DNA of 287 nucleotides, from assembly GCF_003334335.1 (NCBI RefSeq), contig NZ_QOWQ01000225.1; one strand, written 5' to 3'. Position 1 is the stretch's first letter. The number at the start of each line of letters is the position of its first letter. Below, in pieces: positions 1-287 of this stretch. The stretch comes from Escherichia coli (lineage in GTDB: Bacteria > Pseudomonadota > Gammaproteobacteria > Enterobacterales > Enterobacteriaceae). Both the position numbers and the translations under genes were made by a program. A model generated the notes under the pieces. The model saw nothing but the letters and a program-made list of their open reading frames with translations. It was not told the origin of the DNA and ran no database searches.

Positions 1-287
1 GCCCCTTCAATGACTCTGTCCACCACATTTCCCCGGTGCGGAACACGCACTTCCCCCAGAGACTGACCACAGACGCATCCGTTCTGGCAGACGAACCTGA
101 AGTAACCCGGCAGCATCTGGTAGCTGGAGGTACCGTCATGAGAGTTGAGCAGAATAATTTCAGGGACATGTTCTCCGTTTATCTCTCCGGCCCGCCGCAG
201 ACGCAGCATGTGTTTTGTGTATCCCCGGCGGCCCGGGTCGCGCACACGGGTCTGGCAGGCGAAGAATGGCTGAAAGCCTTCCCGCTG
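1..287 (-). CDS. Internal fragment of a DUF932/UPF0380-family protein (YafZ/YfjQ-like, prophage/integrative-element associated); partial at both ends
   Basis: Seen in sequence: the complement frame with codons aligned to forward 285-287 is open for 95 codons (forward 3-287, plus 2 leftover bases at 1-2); the other two minus-strand frames each contain stops (TAA and TGA). Leucine codons are 5 CTG and 1 CTC, and TTA/CTA/TCA are absent. Translation: QREGFQPFFACQTRVRDPGRRGYTKHMLRLRRAGEINGEHVPEIILLNSHDGTSSYQMLPGYFRFVCQNGCVCGQSLGEVRVPHRGNVVDRVIEG. Established knowledge / recall: the segments EIILLNSHDG..SYQMLPGYFRFVCQNGCVCGQSLGEVRVPHRGNVVDRVIEG match my memory of UPF0380/DUF932 proteins (E. coli YafZ, YfjQ). 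No database search was run, so the family assignment is a recollection. No start or stop codon of the gene lies in the window. Confidence 0.7.

Noticed and set aside
10-66. Short plus-strand ORF from ATG at 10-12 to TGA at 64-66 (18 codons).
   Set aside because: Too short, no recognisable ribosome-binding site upstream, and entirely embedded in the minus-strand gene; indistinguishable from chance.
151-160. AT-rich patch agaataattt as a possible promoter -10 element.
   Set aside because: It is a single 10-bp dip in an otherwise GC-rich coding region, has no partnered -35 element, and is accounted for by the E-I-I codons (gaa att att) of the minus-strand protein.
224-237. GC-rich hairpin (cccgg 224-228 pairing with ccggg 233-237, loop cggc; includes the CCCGGG palindrome at 232-237) as a possible intrinsic terminator.
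   Set aside because: It lies inside the open reading frame (encoding part of RDPGRRG), has no following T/U tract on either strand, and is the expected by-product of Pro/Gly/Arg codons.
3-287. Plus-strand frame 3 as the primary protein-coding gene (PFNDSVHHISPVRNTHFPQRLTTDASVLADEPEVTRQHLVAGGTVMRVEQNNF...).
   Set aside because: The minus-strand translation contains motifs I recognise from a known protein family and the plus-strand translation does not. The open plus frame is explained by the sense strand lacking TTA/CTA/TCA codons. It is kept as a low-interest finding, not as an annotated feature.
1-287. Any RNA gene, CRISPR repeat, insertion-sequence end or attachment site.
   Set aside because: No repeat-spacer periodicity, no tRNA-like cloverleaf potential and no terminal inverted repeats were seen; a single uninterrupted reading frame covers the whole window.
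1-287. A novel multi-gene biological system in this window.
   Set aside because: The window is 287 bp of one gene interior with no gene boundaries or neighbours, so nothing about operon or system architecture can be supported. The only defensible lead is that the gene belongs to an uncharacterised family usually found in mobile-element cargo.

Overview
The whole 287-bp window appears to lie inside a single protein-coding gene on the minus strand, truncated at both window edges. The complement frame whose codons end at forward position 287 is the only minus-strand frame without stops and translates to QREGFQPFFACQTRVRDPGRRGYTKHMLRLRRAGEINGEHVPEIILLNSHDGTSSYQMLPGYFRFVCQNGCVCGQSLGEVRVPHRGNVVDRVIEG. 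From memory, not from a search, this resembles the DUF932 / UPF0380 family (YafZ/YfjQ-like proteins of CP4-type cryptic prophages and integrative elements in Enterobacteriaceae). No start, stop, promoter, terminator, RNA gene, CRISPR array or mobile-element boundary is visible. I cannot support a previously undescribed system from this window: it is one internal gene fragment with no flanking context. The observations worth a second look are a fully open antisense frame with an SD-like motif and ATG, a cysteine cluster, and a short in-frame direct repeat.
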